In this document: positions 1 through 11,248 of the stretch, in pieces
How positions within the stretch are numbered: position 1 is the first letter of the stretch
How the letters are laid out: each line of letters starts with the position of its first letter
Assembly: GCA_963665275.2 (NCBI GenBank)
Contig: CAXXIN010000019.1
Span: 128,001-192,000 of the forward strand
Reading direction: 5' to 3'
Length of the DNA: 64,000 bases
Source of the DNA: Negativicutes bacterium
GTDB lineage: Bacteria > Bacillota > Negativicutes > UBA1444
Program-made: the position numbers and the translations under genes
The notes under the pieces: generated by a model
Seen by the model: the letters and a program-made list of their open reading frames with translations, nothing else
Told to the model about the DNA's origin: nothing
The model's database searches: none

Positions 1-1253
1 AGCGACTCTTTTTTCAGGCGCGCACCATGACAGACCGGACAGGGTTTGGAAGTCATGTATCGCTCGATTTCTTCGCGCATGGAGTCCGACGTTGATTCGC
101 GATAACGCCGGGTTAAGAGCGGCAGAACGCCTTCGAAAGAAGTGAAATGCGTTTTGACTTCGCCGAATAAGTTTTCATATTCGAATGACAGGCGCTCGCC
201 TTCCGACCCTTGCAGGATCAATTCGCGGACGTCCGCCGGCAGATCGTTCCAACGGATATCGAAAGAATAACCGCGTTTTTCGAGCAACACCTTCAGCTGG
301 CACATGAAGAAAGATCCCGGATTGCTGGAGACGGCCGTGATCGCGCCTTCACCGAGGGTCTTGGTTCCATCCGGCACCACCATCTCGGGGTCGATCTCCA
401 TATTGACCCCGAGGCCGGTGCAGGCAGGGCAGGCTCCATAAGGGGTGTTGAACGAAAACATGCGCGGCGCGATCTCCGGCAGGCTAATGCCGCAATCAAC
501 GCAGGCGAAATTCTCGCTGAACGTCAGCTCCGTCTCCCCATTTACATCGACTGTGACCAGTCCTTCACCCAGTTTCAAGGCAGTCTCCAGGGATTCCGCC
601 AGACGCCGGGCAACACTTTCTTTCACAACGATCCGGTCGATCACCGCTTCAATCGTATGCTTCTTTTTCTTATCGAGCTTGATCTCTTCCGCCAGCTCGC
701 GAACTTCTCCATCGACCCGCACCCGAACGAAACCGTCCTTGCGAATCTCTTCCAATACTTTTTGATGCTCGCCTTTTTTTCCCCGAATTACCGGCGCCAA
801 GAGGGTCAGCTTCGCCCCGTCGCCCAGCGCCAACAAGGCATCCACCATCTGCTGAATGGTTTGCTGCGTGATGGGCTCGCCGCACTCAGGGCAATGCGGA
901 CGACCGGCCCGCGCGTACAGAAGCCGCAGGTAGTCGTAGATTTCCGTCACGGTTCCCACGGTGGAACGCGGATTGCGGCTCGTCGTCTTCTGGTCGATCG
1001 AGATGGCGGGAGACAGGCCTTCGATATAGTCCACATCCGGTTTATCCATCTGACCGAGGAACTGCCGGGCATAGGCTGACAATGATTCCACGTACCTGCG
1101 TTGACCTTCCGCGTAGATAGTGTCGAAGGCGAGAGAGGATTTGCCTGAACCGGACAGTCCGGTCAGCACCACCAGCTTGTCACGGGGAATTTCCACGTCG
1201 ATGTTCTTGAGGTTGTGTTGGCGGGCGCCTTTGATAATTATTTTATCTTTCAT
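1..1253 (-). CDS. uvrA: Excinuclease ABC subunit A, 5' part (runs off window start)
   Basis: Minus strand from ATG at 1253 reads [67 protein letters not shown], the diagnostic UvrA N-terminus. Not in the ORF track because it is truncated. Confidence 0.97.
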   Translation of the reverse strand, partial: MKDKIIIKGARQHNLKNIDVEIPRDKLVVLTGLSGSGKSSLAFDTIYAEGQRRYVESLSAYARQFLGQMDKPDVDYIEGLSPAISIDQKTTSRNPRSTVGTVTEIYDYLRLLYARAGRPHCPECGEPITQQTIQQMVDALLALGDGAKLTLLAPVIRGKKGEHQKVLEEIRKDGFVRVRVDGEVRELAEEIKLDKKKKHTIEAVIDRIVVKESVARRLAESLETALKLGEGLVTVDVNGETELTFSENFACVDCGISLPEIAPRMFSFNTPYGACPACTGLGVNMEIDPEMVVPDGTKTLGEGAITAVSSNPGSFFMCQLKVLLEKRGYSFDIRWNDLPADVRELILQGSEGERLSFEYENLFGEVKTHFTSFEGVLPLLTRRYRESTSDSMREEIERYMTSKPCPVCHGARLKKES

Positions 1254-1536
1254 TTGAGAGTTTTACCCTTTTTCCACCTGTTGCAGCTTGTTAACCCTTG
1301 CAAACATTGGAATCCTTTATTTATTTGCCTGGCAAAAATCGTTGATGCATCATAACGCCTTGCGAAGTTCCATTTCCAAGGACTCATCAACTACGCATTC
1401 GTCCAATGCTTATGTTATCATTTTACTAAAAAAGAAACATTATCGCAAAGGCACATCGACCGAACGGATCGCAGCATCAGCCACTCCAGCGTCATTGGGC
1501 GACTTTTAATCGTTTGTTTGGAGTTATAGATCAATA

Positions 1537-1737
1537 TTATCTTTTGATCATCCCTGCAATTTTGCGGTAAATGATAGGCGTACAAAAATATGAGGCAACA
1601 GCTGCAATCCCATAGGCGGCAGACATGGAACCGAATTCGGTCCCTGGCGGCAAAAGCAGTGATGGGATTGCTAAAACTGCTAATAATATCAAAAAACATA
1701 ATAAACCGATCACTGCATAGCAGACCCATTTAATCAT
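1537..1737 (-). CDS. Small 66-aa predicted membrane protein (two hydrophobic segments)
   Basis: AAGGAG RBS upstream of ATG at 1737; MIKWVCYAVIGLLCFLILLAVLAIPSLL...AYGIAAVASYFCTPIIYRK. Confidence 0.55.
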   Translation of the reverse strand: MIKWVCYAVIGLLCFLILLAVLAIPSLLLPPGTEFGSMSAAYGIAAVASYFCTPIIYRKIAGMIKR

Positions 1738-1757
1738 TCTTCCCACGCTCCTTTTAT

Positions 1758-1832
1758 TTATAAGCACAAGCACGACTTTGCATCCTTGAAATATTTCCGT
1801 TTGCGTTCCTGCCAATCATTCAATTGATACAC
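1758..1832 (-). CDS. Candidate 24-aa peptide MYQLNDWQERKRKYFKDAKSCLCL
   Basis: GAAGGGG RBS then GTG start, just downstream of a promoter and LexA-like box. Confidence 0.35.
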   Translation of the reverse strand: MYQLNDWQERKRKYFKDAKSCLCL

Positions 1833-1849
1833 AGCCGCCCCTTCACGAA

Positions 1850-1863
1850 CGAACAAACGTTTG
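1850..1863. promoter_or_regulatory. LexA (Cheo/SOS) box-like site CGAACAAACGTTTG
   Basis: One mismatch to the Firmicute consensus CGAACRNRYGTTCG; lies just downstream of a minus-strand -10 element pointing toward uvrA. Confidence 0.65.
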
Positions 1864-1871
1864 TATATTAA

Positions 1872-1899
1872 ATTATAGCGAATTTGCTGGAGAATGCAA
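1872..1899 (-). promoter_or_regulatory. Sigma-A-like promoter TTGCAT-N16-TATAAT
   Basis: Read directly on the minus strand. Confidence 0.5.
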
Positions 1900-2034
1900 C
1901 TAGGAAAAACTTCAAACTTATTATAACAAACCTTTCGTATAATTCCTGCTGATGACAAATGATACCTTTTCCAAAAAACAAAACCGCCCACCCTGCCGAA
2001 GCTGGATGAGCGAGCAATCCTTACAAATGAACTT

Positions 2035-2262
2035 TTATTTGCCCAATATCTCGACAATCTCGCTGGTCGATATCGAGGTTCCGTTGGGCCACATGACTGC
2101 GCGGCCGTCTGTCGTCGCCGAGGCAAACAGAGCCCAATCGCTCAGTTCGGAAAAACGGACCGTCTGAAGTTTTCGCTTCATGTCGAGAGTCACCGTATGT
2201 TCGTTGTCAAAGGTTACAGTCAACAAATAGTCCGCGCTGGCGACGACTCTGATGATTTTCAT
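2035..2262 (-). CDS. DUF2442-like small protein
   Basis: MKIIRVVASADYLLTVTFDN...LFASATTDGRAVMWPNGTSISTSEI fits the DUF2442 pattern; followed by a hairpin + U-tract at ~1972-2015. Confidence 0.7.
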   Translation of the reverse strand: MKIIRVVASADYLLTVTFDNEHTVTLDMKRKLQTVRFSELSDWALFASATTDGRAVMWPNGTSISTSEIVEILGK

Positions 2263-2491
2263 GATCCTGCACCTCATATTTTTTTGATCCGACAGAATGG
2301 GAACAGTAAACAAAGGCTGACGTTCTTTCCCCATTTATCATAGAACAGGTCCTCTGTCACAACTACTATCAAAAAGTATAGTCTTTGCGTTTCCACATTC
2401 TCGTTCGCCATAAGTCCTGGCGAGCAGGAAAAATCCCCCTCGAATCGAATAGATAATAGATATTTAAGTATAGTTAAAACAGGAGTGCCTT

Positions 2492-4969
2492 ATGCCCCAC
2501 TATAATCCTACCGCCCTGTATCTCCGCAAGCCGATCCGTACGATCCTGAACCGGCTTCTTGAAACTCCGCTCACCGTCGTGGAAGCGCCGATGGGATACG
2601 GCAAAACCACTGCAGTACGAGAATTCGCCAAAGAATCGGGCGCCTTTGTCATTTGGAAAACCCTGGACAACGATTCGGTCCAGGCGTTTTGGTCTGGCTT
2701 TTCCCGTTTGATTGGGACAGTGGATCAGAATTGTTCGCAGCAACTGGCGAAACTGGGTCTTCCCGATACCGACTTTTTCCTGGATGAAGCGATCAATCTC
2801 TTGGGGAAAGTTTCCTTCCCGCAACGCACACTGCTCGTGATCGACGATTATCACCTGCTGTTGTCGCCGGAAGCTGACCATTTTATTGAAACATTGATTA
2901 AAGCGGAACTCCCGAACCTGCATGTCGTGGTCATATCGCGGGTCGTTTTTGGCAGCAAAATCACAGAGCTTCGGCTTAAAGGGTATTGCACCCTCATCGA
3001 CAAACACCATTTTGAACTGACACCCGCCGAAATTGTGGAATACTATAAAAATTGCGGCGTCCGCCTCACTGCAAAGCAGGCGGCGGATCTGTTTTCCTAC
3101 ACGGAAGGCTGGATCAGCGCCTTGTACCTGTGTCTCTTAAGTTTTTTGCAAGAAGGCCGAATTGAGCATCAGGTGAGTCTGCATGAATTACTGGAAAAAG
3201 CTGTTTATCAGCAATGTTCTGATGAAGTAAAGAATTTTTTACTCACGTTCTGTATTTTCGACAACTTTTCACTGGTGCAGGCGGAAGCCCTGTGGCCGCA
3301 AAGCGATGCCCAGGCGATCCTCAAAAAACTTGTGGCCCAAAACGCTTTTATTGCCTATAATGCATCAACCCAGACCTTTCAGCTGCATAACATCCTGACT
3401 GTTTTTTTACGGGGACTGTTTGACCGGAAAAGCATCGAAGAGAAAAAAAGCATCTGGCAGGCTGCCGGACGCTGGTTTTTTGCCAGCAAAGACTTTCTCT
3501 CCGCCATGGAGTATTTTTACCAAGCTGCCGACTACGACAATTTGATGACCGCGCTGGAATCGAACAAAGGCTTCGCCGAGAATTCGTCGCATCTGGAATC
3601 CATGCGGCGTTACTTTCGGGATTCGCCGCCGGCAATCATCGCTATGCACCCAAGAGCCTCACTAATCTTCGCCTTAGAGCTGTTTGCCAATAATGAGTAT
3701 GAGCTGTTCGCTATCCAGTGCCGGACAATCCATGAAAACATCGCCCTGACCCCCCAGCTTGCCGAAAAGGAAAAGAATCAGCTGTCCGGCGAACTGGAGT
3801 TTTTGTGCAGTTTCTCCCAATTCAACCGCATCCAGGCCATGTCCGCCTATCATCAGAACGCCTGCCGCCTGATGCATAAACCCACGGACTTTTTCGACCG
3901 CAACGGTTCCTGGTCGTTCGAATCTCCTTCCATTGTTTACATGTTCCACAGAGAGCGCGGCGGTTTGGATCAGGAAGTCCGCGACCTCACTGCGGGCATG
4001 CCCGCCTACTATGCAATCAGCGGTTACCATGGATTCGGCGGTGACTATGCCATGCAGGCAGAACAGCATTACTTCTGCGGCGAATTCGAAAACGCTGAAA
4101 TTGCCGCTCACACAGCGCTCTATGCCGCAAAATCAAAGAATCAGCTGTCCCCGCTTCTGGCCGCGCTTTTTGTTCATCTCCGTCTGGCGTTGCTGCGAGG
4201 AGATGCTGCCGCCGTTACAGACGTCATGGAGCAAATGCGTGAAGAAATCCGTCAGGGGGGGCTTTCAGCTTATTTGCATACTTTCGATCTATGTGAAGGA
4301 TTCTTGTATGGTTCCTTATCCGATGGAAAGAAAATTCCTGACTGGATTGTGGCGGGAAACGAGCGGGAAACCCGGATACCCTTCCCCACGCAGGGGTATT
4401 ACAATATTATCTATGGCAAAGCCCTATTGATCCAGGGTGAATTCGCCAAATTTCTGGGGCTTGCCACCCAATTCCAGAACGTTGCCGCTATTTTTCCCAA
4501 CCTCTTGGCGCAACTCTACATCTTTATTTATGAAGCGGCAGCTTGTTTCCGAATGGGCCGGATAGAATCAGCGCAGAACGCCCTCTACCAGGCGCTGGAT
4601 TTGGCGGCGCCCGATCGCCTGATAATGCCCTTTGTCGAAAACGCCTCTTTTATCCTGCCTGTAATAACGAGTCTTACCGCAACAGGCCCCCAGGCATCCT
4701 TTCTTCACGATATCCAGGTGCTCCATGTGAAATACGCCAAAGGAGTTGCGGAGGTTCAGCATTCCCTGACCACCGGCGCGAGAAACCCTTTGAAGCTCAC
4801 CGCCCGGGAACAGGAAATCGCGGAACTTGTGGCATCCGGACTATCCAATCAACGGATCGCCGCCACCCTATTCATCACGGAGGCCACCGTTAAAAAGTCG
4901 CTGCAAAACACCTATACCAAATTGAATATCAACAGCCGGACTGCACTTGCCAAAATAATTCTTGGATAA
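2492..4969 (+). CDS. MalT-like STAND ATPase / LuxR-family transcriptional regulator
   Basis: EAPMGYGKTT Walker A, LLVIDDYH Walker B, TEGW motif, TPR-like middle, C-terminal LTAREQEIAELVASGLSNQRIA..LFITEATVK LuxR HTH. Confidence 0.92.
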   Translation: MPHYNPTALYLRKPIRTILNRLLETPLTVVEAPMGYGKTTAVREFAKESGAFVIWKTLDNDSVQAFWSGFSRLIGTVDQNCSQQLAKLGLPDTDFFLDEAINLLGKVSFPQRTLLVIDDYHLLLSPEADHFIETLIKAELPNLHVVVISRVVFGSKITELRLKGYCTLIDKHHFELTPAEIVEYYKNCGVRLTAKQAADLFSYTEGWISALYLCLLSFLQEGRIEHQVSLHELLEKAVYQQCSDEVKNFLLTFCIFDNFSLVQAEALWPQSDAQAILKKLVAQNAFIAYNASTQTFQLHNILTVFLRGLFDRKSIEEKKSIWQAAGRWFFASKDFLSAMEYFYQAADYDNLMTALESNKGFAENSSHLESMRRYFRDSPPAIIAMHPRASLIFALELFANNEYELFAIQCRTIHENIALTPQLAEKEKNQLSGELEFLCSFSQFNRIQAMSAYHQNACRLMHKPTDFFDRNGSWSFESPSIVYMFHRERGGLDQEVRDLTAGMPAYYAISGYHGFGGDYAMQAEQHYFCGEFENAEIAAHTALYAAKSKNQLSPLLAALFVHLRLALLRGDAAAVTDVMEQMREEIRQGGLSAYLHTFDLCEGFLYGSLSDGKKIPDWIVAGNERETRIPFPTQGYYNIIYGKALLIQGEFAKFLGLATQFQNVAAIFPNLLAQLYIFIYEAAACFRMGRIESAQNALYQALDLAAPDRLIMPFVENASFILPVITSLTATGPQASFLHDIQVLHVKYAKGVAEVQHSLTTGARNPLKLTAREQEIAELVASGLSNQRIAATLFITEATVKKSLQNTYTKLNINSRTALAKIILG

Positions 4970-5146
4970 ACTGCGATATATCGGCAAAAAGTATACTTTC
5001 GGATAGTATCGTTTCAGGCTTAAGCATTTTAAAATAAATGCATAAGCCTTTTGTTTTCTAAAGAGGAGGATCGTGTGAAAGCATCTGGAGAAAACAGGCG
5101 TAAACAGACAACAAAGAAATAAAATTGAATGGGGGATTATTATTCT

Positions 5147-5497
5147 ATGAAAAAACTCGCATTGATTCTGACCGTCATGTTCGTTCTGGCCTTATCCTGC
5201 AATATTGCCTTCGCCGGCGCCCAGGACTTCACCCTGATCAACAACGCCAAATACAATATCGTCAAAGTTTATGTGTCTCCATCTGTCTCCAATGACTGGC
5301 AGGAAGATGTTCTCGGCGATGAAGTGCTGATGATCGGCGAAAGAGTCAATATCACGTTCGACCGCAGCGAAACCGACGCCATGTGGGACATTCGGGTCGT
5401 TGATGAAAACGAAAAAACGCACACCTGGAAAAACATCAACCTCAAGAAAATTTCCACTGTCACCCTGAACCCCACTGGAACCGCCAGCTGGAAATAA
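5147..5497 (+). CDS. Secreted/periplasmic protein of unknown function
   Basis: Signal peptide (MKKLALIL...AFA) then QDFTLINN..YNIVKVYVSPS..NDWQEDVLG..WDIRV motif seen in uncharacterised beta-rich exported proteins. Confidence 0.75.
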   Translation: MKKLALILTVMFVLALSCNIAFAGAQDFTLINNAKYNIVKVYVSPSVSNDWQEDVLGDEVLMIGERVNITFDRSETDAMWDIRVVDENEKTHTWKNINLKKISTVTLNPTGTASWK

Positions 5498-5545
5498 CCT
5501 GCAAAGCACATCAGCTGCAAATGCAAAAGGGTTTTTAATGATGAC

Positions 5546-5603
5546 ATATAAAAGAGGCTGCGAGGATTACTTTTAAAAAAGTGTCCCACAGCCTCTTTTA
5601 TAT
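5546..5603. terminator. Inverted repeat (15-bp arms ATATAAAAGAGGCTG / CAGCCTCTTTTATAT), probable bidirectional terminator
   Basis: Between convergent genes 5147-5497 (+) and uvrB (-). Confidence 0.65.
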
Positions 5604-5605
5604 TA

Positions 5606-5621
5606 CGGCGCCTGTCACCGG
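5606..5621 (-). repeat. REP-like hairpin copy 1 (CCGGTGACAGGCGCCG), overlaps uvrB stop
   Basis: One-mismatch variant of GGTGACAGGCACC; TGA at 5617-5615 ends uvrB. Confidence 0.7.
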
Positions 5622-7591
5622 TTCTTGTCGCGTATTTCGAAGATCATGTCGCGGAGTTCGGCGGCCCGTTCGTACTCAAGCGCCTTGGCCGCGGTGCGCA
5701 TATCTTTCTCGAGCTTGGCAAGCAGCGCCTGTGTTTCCTTTTTACCCAATTTTTTTATCTCTTTGACGGTATAGGGTGTCGCGCGTTCGGCGACCTTCGT
5801 CGTCTGAATGAGCTCCCTGACTTTTTTCTGAATGCTGGTCGGCGTAATGCCGTGTTCGACATTGTAGGCCTCCTGCACCGCCCGCCGCCGGTCGGTCTCG
5901 CCAATGGCCCGCCGCATGGAGTCGGTGATGCGATCGGCGTACATGATGACCTTGCCGTGTACGTTGCGGGCCGCCCTCCCGATCGTCTGAATCAGGGAAG
6001 TATCGGAACGCAGGAACCCTTCCTTGTCCGCGTCAAGGATAGCGATCAGCGACACTTCCGGCAGATCGAGGCCTTCCCGCAGCAGGTTGATGCCAACGAG
6101 CACGTCGAAATCGCCGAACCGCAGACCACGGATAATCTCAGCCCGTTCGAGGGTCTCGATCTCGGAATGCAGATAACGGACCCGGATCCCCATCTCCCGG
6201 AAATAGTTCGTCAGGTTTTCCGACATTTTCTTGGTCAGGGTCGTGACCAGCACCCGTTCGTTCGCCTCGACCCGGCCATTGATCTCACTGATCAGATCGT
6301 CGATCTGCCCCTCGATCGGCCGCACTTCCACTATGGGATCGACCAGACCTGTCGGCCGGATGATCTGCTGCGCCACCTGCGTCGCCGAATTCAATTCATA
6401 GGCCGCCGGTGTGGCGGACACATAAACGATTTGGCGGATACGCCCCTCGAATTCCTCGAACTTCAGAGGCCGATTGTCGAGCGCTGACGGCAGCCGAAAC
6501 CCGAAGTCGATCAGGTTCTGCTTGCGCGAACGGTCACCGTTGTACATCGCGTGAATCTGCGGCATCGTTACATGGGATTCGTCGATGACGATAAGAAAAT
6601 CCTCCGGAAAGTAATCGATGAGAGTGAACGGCGGCTCCCCAGGCGCTCGCCCCGTCAAATGCCGCGAATAATTTTCGATGCCGGAGCAATACCCCATCTC
6701 CTGCATCATCTCCAGATCATAGCGGGTGCGTTGCTCGATCCGCTGCGCTTCCAGCAGGCGGTCTTCACGCTTGAAGTAAGCGAGCCGGTCGTCCAGTTCG
6801 GTTTCGATATCATGGGCCGCCCTGAGCAGATTCTCCCGCGACGTCACAAAGTGGGAGGCCGGATAAATCGCGATATGATTGCGTTCCGACAGGATTTCGC
6901 CAGTCACGCTGTCGATCTCCTGAATTTTTTCCACCTCATCGCCGAACAAGGAAATCCGAATCACTTTCTCGTTCGCACTGGCCGGGAACACCTCGATGAC
7001 ATCGCCGCGCACGCGGAACGTGCCGCGTGTGAACGCCACATCATTGCGATCATACTGAATCTCGATCAATTTGCGCAGAATCTCATCCCGATCCCGCGTC
7101 TGCCCCTGGCGCAACGACAGCACCATATTATAGTACTCGTCCGGCGAACCGAGGCCATAGATGCAGGAAACACTGGCCACGACGATAACGTCGCGGCGCT
7201 CGAACAGGGAGCTGGTGGCGGAGTGGCGAAGTTTATCGATTTCATCGTTGATGGATGAATCTTTTTCGATATACGTGTCGGATGCGGCGACATAGGCTTC
7301 CGGCTGATAATAATCGTAATAACTGACGAAATACTCCACCGCGTTATGCGGGAAGAACTCTTTGAATTCGCTGGCCAGTTGTGCGGCCAGCGTTTTATTA
7401 TGCGCAATGACCAGTGTCGGTTTCTGCACGGCCTCGATGACTTTGGCCATCGTGAAGGTCTTGCCGGTTCCGGTCGCCCCCAGCAACACCTGGGCCTTGT
7501 CACCCCGCTTGATTCCCTCTGTCAATTTGGCGATGGCGTCCGGTTGGTCGCCCAGCGGCACAAAGGGAGCTTCAACTTGAAACTCTGGCAT
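5615..7591 (-). CDS. uvrB: Excinuclease ABC subunit B
   Basis: [27 protein letters not shown]-terminal UVR domain. Confidence 0.98.
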   Translation of the reverse strand: MPEFQVEAPFVPLGDQPDAIAKLTEGIKRGDKAQVLLGATGTGKTFTMAKVIEAVQKPTLVIAHNKTLAAQLASEFKEFFPHNAVEYFVSYYDYYQPEAYVAASDTYIEKDSSINDEIDKLRHSATSSLFERRDVIVVASVSCIYGLGSPDEYYNMVLSLRQGQTRDRDEILRKLIEIQYDRNDVAFTRGTFRVRGDVIEVFPASANEKVIRISLFGDEVEKIQEIDSVTGEILSERNHIAIYPASHFVTSRENLLRAAHDIETELDDRLAYFKREDRLLEAQRIEQRTRYDLEMMQEMGYCSGIENYSRHLTGRAPGEPPFTLIDYFPEDFLIVIDESHVTMPQIHAMYNGDRSRKQNLIDFGFRLPSALDNRPLKFEEFEGRIRQIVYVSATPAAYELNSATQVAQQIIRPTGLVDPIVEVRPIEGQIDDLISEINGRVEANERVLVTTLTKKMSENLTNYFREMGIRVRYLHSEIETLERAEIIRGLRFGDFDVLVGINLLREGLDLPEVSLIAILDADKEGFLRSDTSLIQTIGRAARNVHGKVIMYADRITDSMRRAIGETDRRRAVQEAYNVEHGITPTSIQKKVRELIQTTKVAERATPYTVKEIKKLGKKETQALLAKLEKDMRTAAKALEYERAAELRDMIFEIRDKNR

Positions 7592-8850
7592 TATTTATCC
7601 CTCCGCAAGAAATTCAGGGCCCGTTGAAACAATTTTGCAATCGGCCCGCCAGAACCCTCGGACATCGTCACATAATAAGTTTCATGACCCTCAGGAACCA
7701 ATATCAGGCCGAGCATCCGCGGCCCGGGCGGAAAGCGGCCATCCAGCTTCAGTTCCTGCCCTGCGCGCAGCACCGTCATTTCGAACAGCGGCGGCGCCCA
7801 TTCGATCGCATGAGCGAGTCCCCCGCCCCGATTGGTCACGAGTCCGGAAATCTCCAGAATCACATCGCCGGTCCGCACTCCCATCTGTCTAGCTATACCG
7901 TCAGCAATGGCTTCGAGCACCATCACACCCCGTTCCGGCGGGACATAGAGAGGAATCCCTGCCATTTCCATCCGGTTGTCGCGCCGCACCAGGAACTCAT
8001 GCCCCAGCGGTGACAACAACGCAGCCGGCAGTTTCAGCCAGGCGAACTTCGCAGCCAGCAGCGCCATCGTGAGCAGGCTCAGACTGTAGAGCGCCAGCGC
8101 CAGCGCCGACTTTCGCCGCCGCTGCTGCGGTGTGCTTGAGATCGCCATATCCGTATATCCCAGAGCCGCTACCACCGGCATCATCACGTACACCCACTCG
8201 AAACCGGCCGGCGGATCGATGCCGAGCGGCAGCAGCGGCCACCAGTCAGGCGTATGAAAAACCCCCTCCGGCAAAGCAGTGGCCTTCATCGCGACCGTGC
8301 TGAGCACTACGAGGGGGAGCGGCCAGAAATTTTGCAGATTGAAGGCGCCGACCAAACGACCGCCGTGTTTCAGAATAACAGGCACGGAACCATAACGTCC
8401 GCTGATGGCGATGAGAACGCTCTCGGTCACATGCAGGGCCGCTACCAACGCCAGCACCTGCGGCACGTCGACATCCGGCCATCCGGTAAGTGCGCTGGCG
8501 ACAGCAACGAGGCCGCCAGCATACGCAAAGCAGAGAAACCGGATGTTGATCATGGCTAGGAAAATCGCCAGCGGCCAAATATATTGGAATCCCATCCGCT
8601 CGATATTGACGCCGACCAGGGTCAGCACCAGGCTTCCCATCAGTCCGCCAACGGTTCCATAGAGCATCGCCCACATCACCTGACGGCCGAGCGGCACCCC
8701 CGTCAGACCAAACATGGCCTGTTGGTTTTTTTGCATCTGCCAGTATTGATACGCAACGATCCCCAGAATGCCCCAAAACAGCGGCTCGAGAAAAACCGCC
8801 ACCGTTGTGATGAACAGCATCTGAAAAACATCCAGCCATGGCATATCCAT
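7591..8850 (-). CDS. Multi-TM membrane protein with C-terminal PDZ domain (MinJ/YvjD-like)
   Basis: Multiple TM helices, [10 protein letters not shown] motif, PDZ-like [13 protein letters not shown]; position between ctp and uvrB as in Bacillus. Confidence 0.75.
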   Translation of the reverse strand: MDMPWLDVFQMLFITTVAVFLEPLFWGILGIVAYQYWQMQKNQQAMFGLTGVPLGRQVMWAMLYGTVGGLMGSLVLTLVGVNIERMGFQYIWPLAIFLAMINIRFLCFAYAGGLVAVASALTGWPDVDVPQVLALVAALHVTESVLIAISGRYGSVPVILKHGGRLVGAFNLQNFWPLPLVVLSTVAMKATALPEGVFHTPDWWPLLPLGIDPPAGFEWVYVMMPVVAALGYTDMAISSTPQQRRRKSALALALYSLSLLTMALLAAKFAWLKLPAALLSPLGHEFLVRRDNRMEMAGIPLYVPPERGVMVLEAIADGIARQMGVRTGDVILEISGLVTNRGGGLAHAIEWAPPLFEMTVLRAGQELKLDGRFPPGPRMLGLILVPEGHETYYVTMSEGSGGPIAKLFQRALNFLRRDK

Positions 8851-10061
8851 TATATCTTCCCTTTTAGCAGATTGATCGCCGCCTCCATTTGCAGGTCGGC
8901 CGGTGCATCAGCACTGGGGGTTCCTTCCATTCCTGTCATTGGCAAGCGGCCCGGACGCCCTTCGGCGCCATTTTTGATTTCCGGATTCTCCACTTTGAGG
9001 TCCGGTTCAATGCCAATTCCATTGATAAAGCGGTTATTGGGCGTCGCATATTTGGCGATCGTCAGTTTGATCGCCGTATCCGGCGATAGTTTCAAGATGG
9101 ACTGTACAGAGCCCTTGCCGAACGTCTTGGTCCCGATCAGTGTCCCTGCGCTCGTGTCCTGCACAGCTCCGGCCACGATTTCCGAAGCGCTAGCGCTGCC
9201 GCCATTGACCAGCACCACCAACGGATACTTCACTTTGTCCAGAGTGGACCGATGGACTTCTGTTTCGCCATCCCGCGTCACTACGGACACGACAGGTCCC
9301 TTCGGTACGAGCTTATTGGAGACCCGCACACTGGAATCCAGCAGTCCGCCTGGATTATCCCGCAGGTCCAGGACCATCGCCTTCATCCCCTGCGCTTCCA
9401 TCGCTTCATACTGTTTATAAAATTCGCCGGCGGTCTGTTCATTGAACATGGCCAGGCGGATTACCGCGATTTTTTCCGGCAGCATCTTGCTGGATACCGT
9501 CTTGATCTGAATATTGGCGCGTGTCAGTTTGTAATCCTTGATGACTTCGCCGCGACGCAGGGTCAGCGTGACATCCGTGCCTTCCTGGCCGCGGATTTTG
9601 CCGACAGCCTCGTCCAGCGCCAGATTCATGGTTTCCTTGCCGTCGATCTTCAGGATCTGGTCTCCGCTGCGGATCCCGGCTTTTTCGCCCGGCGTTCCCT
9701 CGATCGGTGAAACAACCGTTAACAGCTTGTCCTTGACACTAATGACGATGCCGACACCACTGAAAGAACCTTCCGTTTCCATGCGGAATTCCTTGTACAT
9801 CTTCGCATCCATATAAATCGAATACGGATCGTTCAGGGAACTCACCATTCCCTTGATTGCCCCGTTCATCAGGGTTTCGACCGGTACTACCTCGATATAG
9901 CGGCTGCGCACCACATCCATTGCCCGCAATAGTTTGATCGCGCCGGGTGCGTCCGGGACCATCTGATCAAAAAGATACAGCGCGCCTCCTGCCGTCAGCA
10001 GGAACGTCGTCACTACGAGCACGATGGCGCCGATGATAATATTACGACGACTGTTCAACAC
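8850..10061 (-). CDS. C-terminal processing peptidase, S41 family (CtpA/CtpB)
   Basis: PDZ domain, DLRDNPGG, SASASEI, TFGKGSVQ. Confidence 0.95.
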   Translation of the reverse strand: MLNSRRNIIIGAIVLVVTTFLLTAGGALYLFDQMVPDAPGAIKLLRAMDVVRSRYIEVVPVETLMNGAIKGMVSSLNDPYSIYMDAKMYKEFRMETEGSFSGVGIVISVKDKLLTVVSPIEGTPGEKAGIRSGDQILKIDGKETMNLALDEAVGKIRGQEGTDVTLTLRRGEVIKDYKLTRANIQIKTVSSKMLPEKIAVIRLAMFNEQTAGEFYKQYEAMEAQGMKAMVLDLRDNPGGLLDSSVRVSNKLVPKGPVVSVVTRDGETEVHRSTLDKVKYPLVVLVNGGSASASEIVAGAVQDTSAGTLIGTKTFGKGSVQSILKLSPDTAIKLTIAKYATPNNRFINGIGIEPDLKVENPEIKNGAEGRPGRLPMTGMEGTPSADAPADLQMEAAINLLKGKI

Positions 10062-10087
10062 AATTCACCTCATTTTATATCCGGGGG

Positions 10088-11230
10088 TCAGGGCAGGAAA
10101 TTCAGCGGATTCACCGGCGTACCATTCTGCCGCACCTCGAAATGCAGATGCGGACCGGTGGAATAGCCTGTTGATCCTACCCGGGAAATCGCTTGCCCCT
10201 TGGCGACCGTCTGCCCCTCGCTCACCAACAGCTGCGAATTATGGGCATACAGAGTGGAAATACCGTTGCCGTGATCGATGATGACTGCGTTTCCATAGCC
10301 GCCCATCCAGTCGGAATGGATGACTACCCCGCCGTCGGCCGCCCTGACCGTATCGCCGTAGTCAGCGCCGATATCGATCCCGGTATGCAGACGCTGCGTA
10401 CCAAAAATAGGATGCACACGCCAACCGAAAGGCGAAGTAATCTCACCTTCCGCCGGCCACAACATCGTGCCGGTGCTGCCACCGACATTTTTTTCACCGG
10501 ATTGGATCTTGCGAATCATCGTTTCAATCTGTTTGGAGGTCTCGATCAATTCGCGATAGGCCCGTTCGGCCGTCTCCCGTTCGTATGTAGCGGCATTCAG
10601 CACGCCCTGCCGTTCCTGGCGGCGCTCTGCCACCAGCGCCTTTTTCGCAGCGGACTGCTTGCGCAATTCAACAATCTTGACCCGGTCGATTTCCAGCTGA
10701 GCCTTGGCTCGGGCCAGCGCCTCCCGGTCCGCCTTGGTTGCCTGCAGCAACGCATTATCATAAGCCAGGATTTTTTTCAGGATATCCATGCGGCTCACAA
10801 AGTCGCTGAAATCCTTTGCGCCAAAGAGCACATCAATGTAATTGACTTGCCCGTTTTTGTAAATATCACGGATCCGCCGGTGCAGCGTCTTGGTCTGGGC
10901 TTCCATTTTCTTCACCAGCCGCGCCGACAGTTCAGTATTTGCTTTGATCTGTTCCTCAGTCTGGCTCAGTTGGTCGTTGATCGCGTCAAACTCCGCCTGC
11001 GCCTCACTGAGTTCGGCCTGAATGACCCGTAGCTGTTCGGCGACGCTTCGCTCCTTGAGACGGGCGCGTTCCGCTTTGCGCTGCGCATCATCCGCCTGTT
11101 GCTGAATATTGGTCAGTTCCTGCTGTTTATCTTCCAGTTCATCCGCCAGCGCCGGTGAAATGGCCAATACAACAAAAGAAACTGCTAGAATTGCTGACAA
11201 AACTCGCCGCCAAATAAAATGTCCCTGCAT
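10088..11230 (-). CDS. Coiled-coil M23 peptidase (EnvC/CwlO-type FtsEX partner)
   Basis: Signal peptide, long coiled coil, HTGID and HLH M23 motifs. Confidence 0.9.
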   Translation of the reverse strand: MQGHFIWRRVLSAILAVSFVVLAISPALADELEDKQQELTNIQQQADDAQRKAERARLKERSVAEQLRVIQAELSEAQAEFDAINDQLSQTEEQIKANTELSARLVKKMEAQTKTLHRRIRDIYKNGQVNYIDVLFGAKDFSDFVSRMDILKKILAYDNALLQATKADREALARAKAQLEIDRVKIVELRKQSAAKKALVAERRQERQGVLNAATYERETAERAYRELIETSKQIETMIRKIQSGEKNVGGSTGTMLWPAEGEITSPFGWRVHPIFGTQRLHTGIDIGADYGDTVRAADGGVVIHSDWMGGYGNAVIIDHGNGISTLYAHNSQLLVSEGQTVAKGQAISRVGSTGYSTGPHLHFEVRQNGTPVNPLNFLP

Positions 11231-11248
11231 TACGCACCCCCTGGTCAT

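Noticed and set aside
210-1079. 289-aa plus-strand ORF
   Set aside because: Antisense shadow of uvrA.
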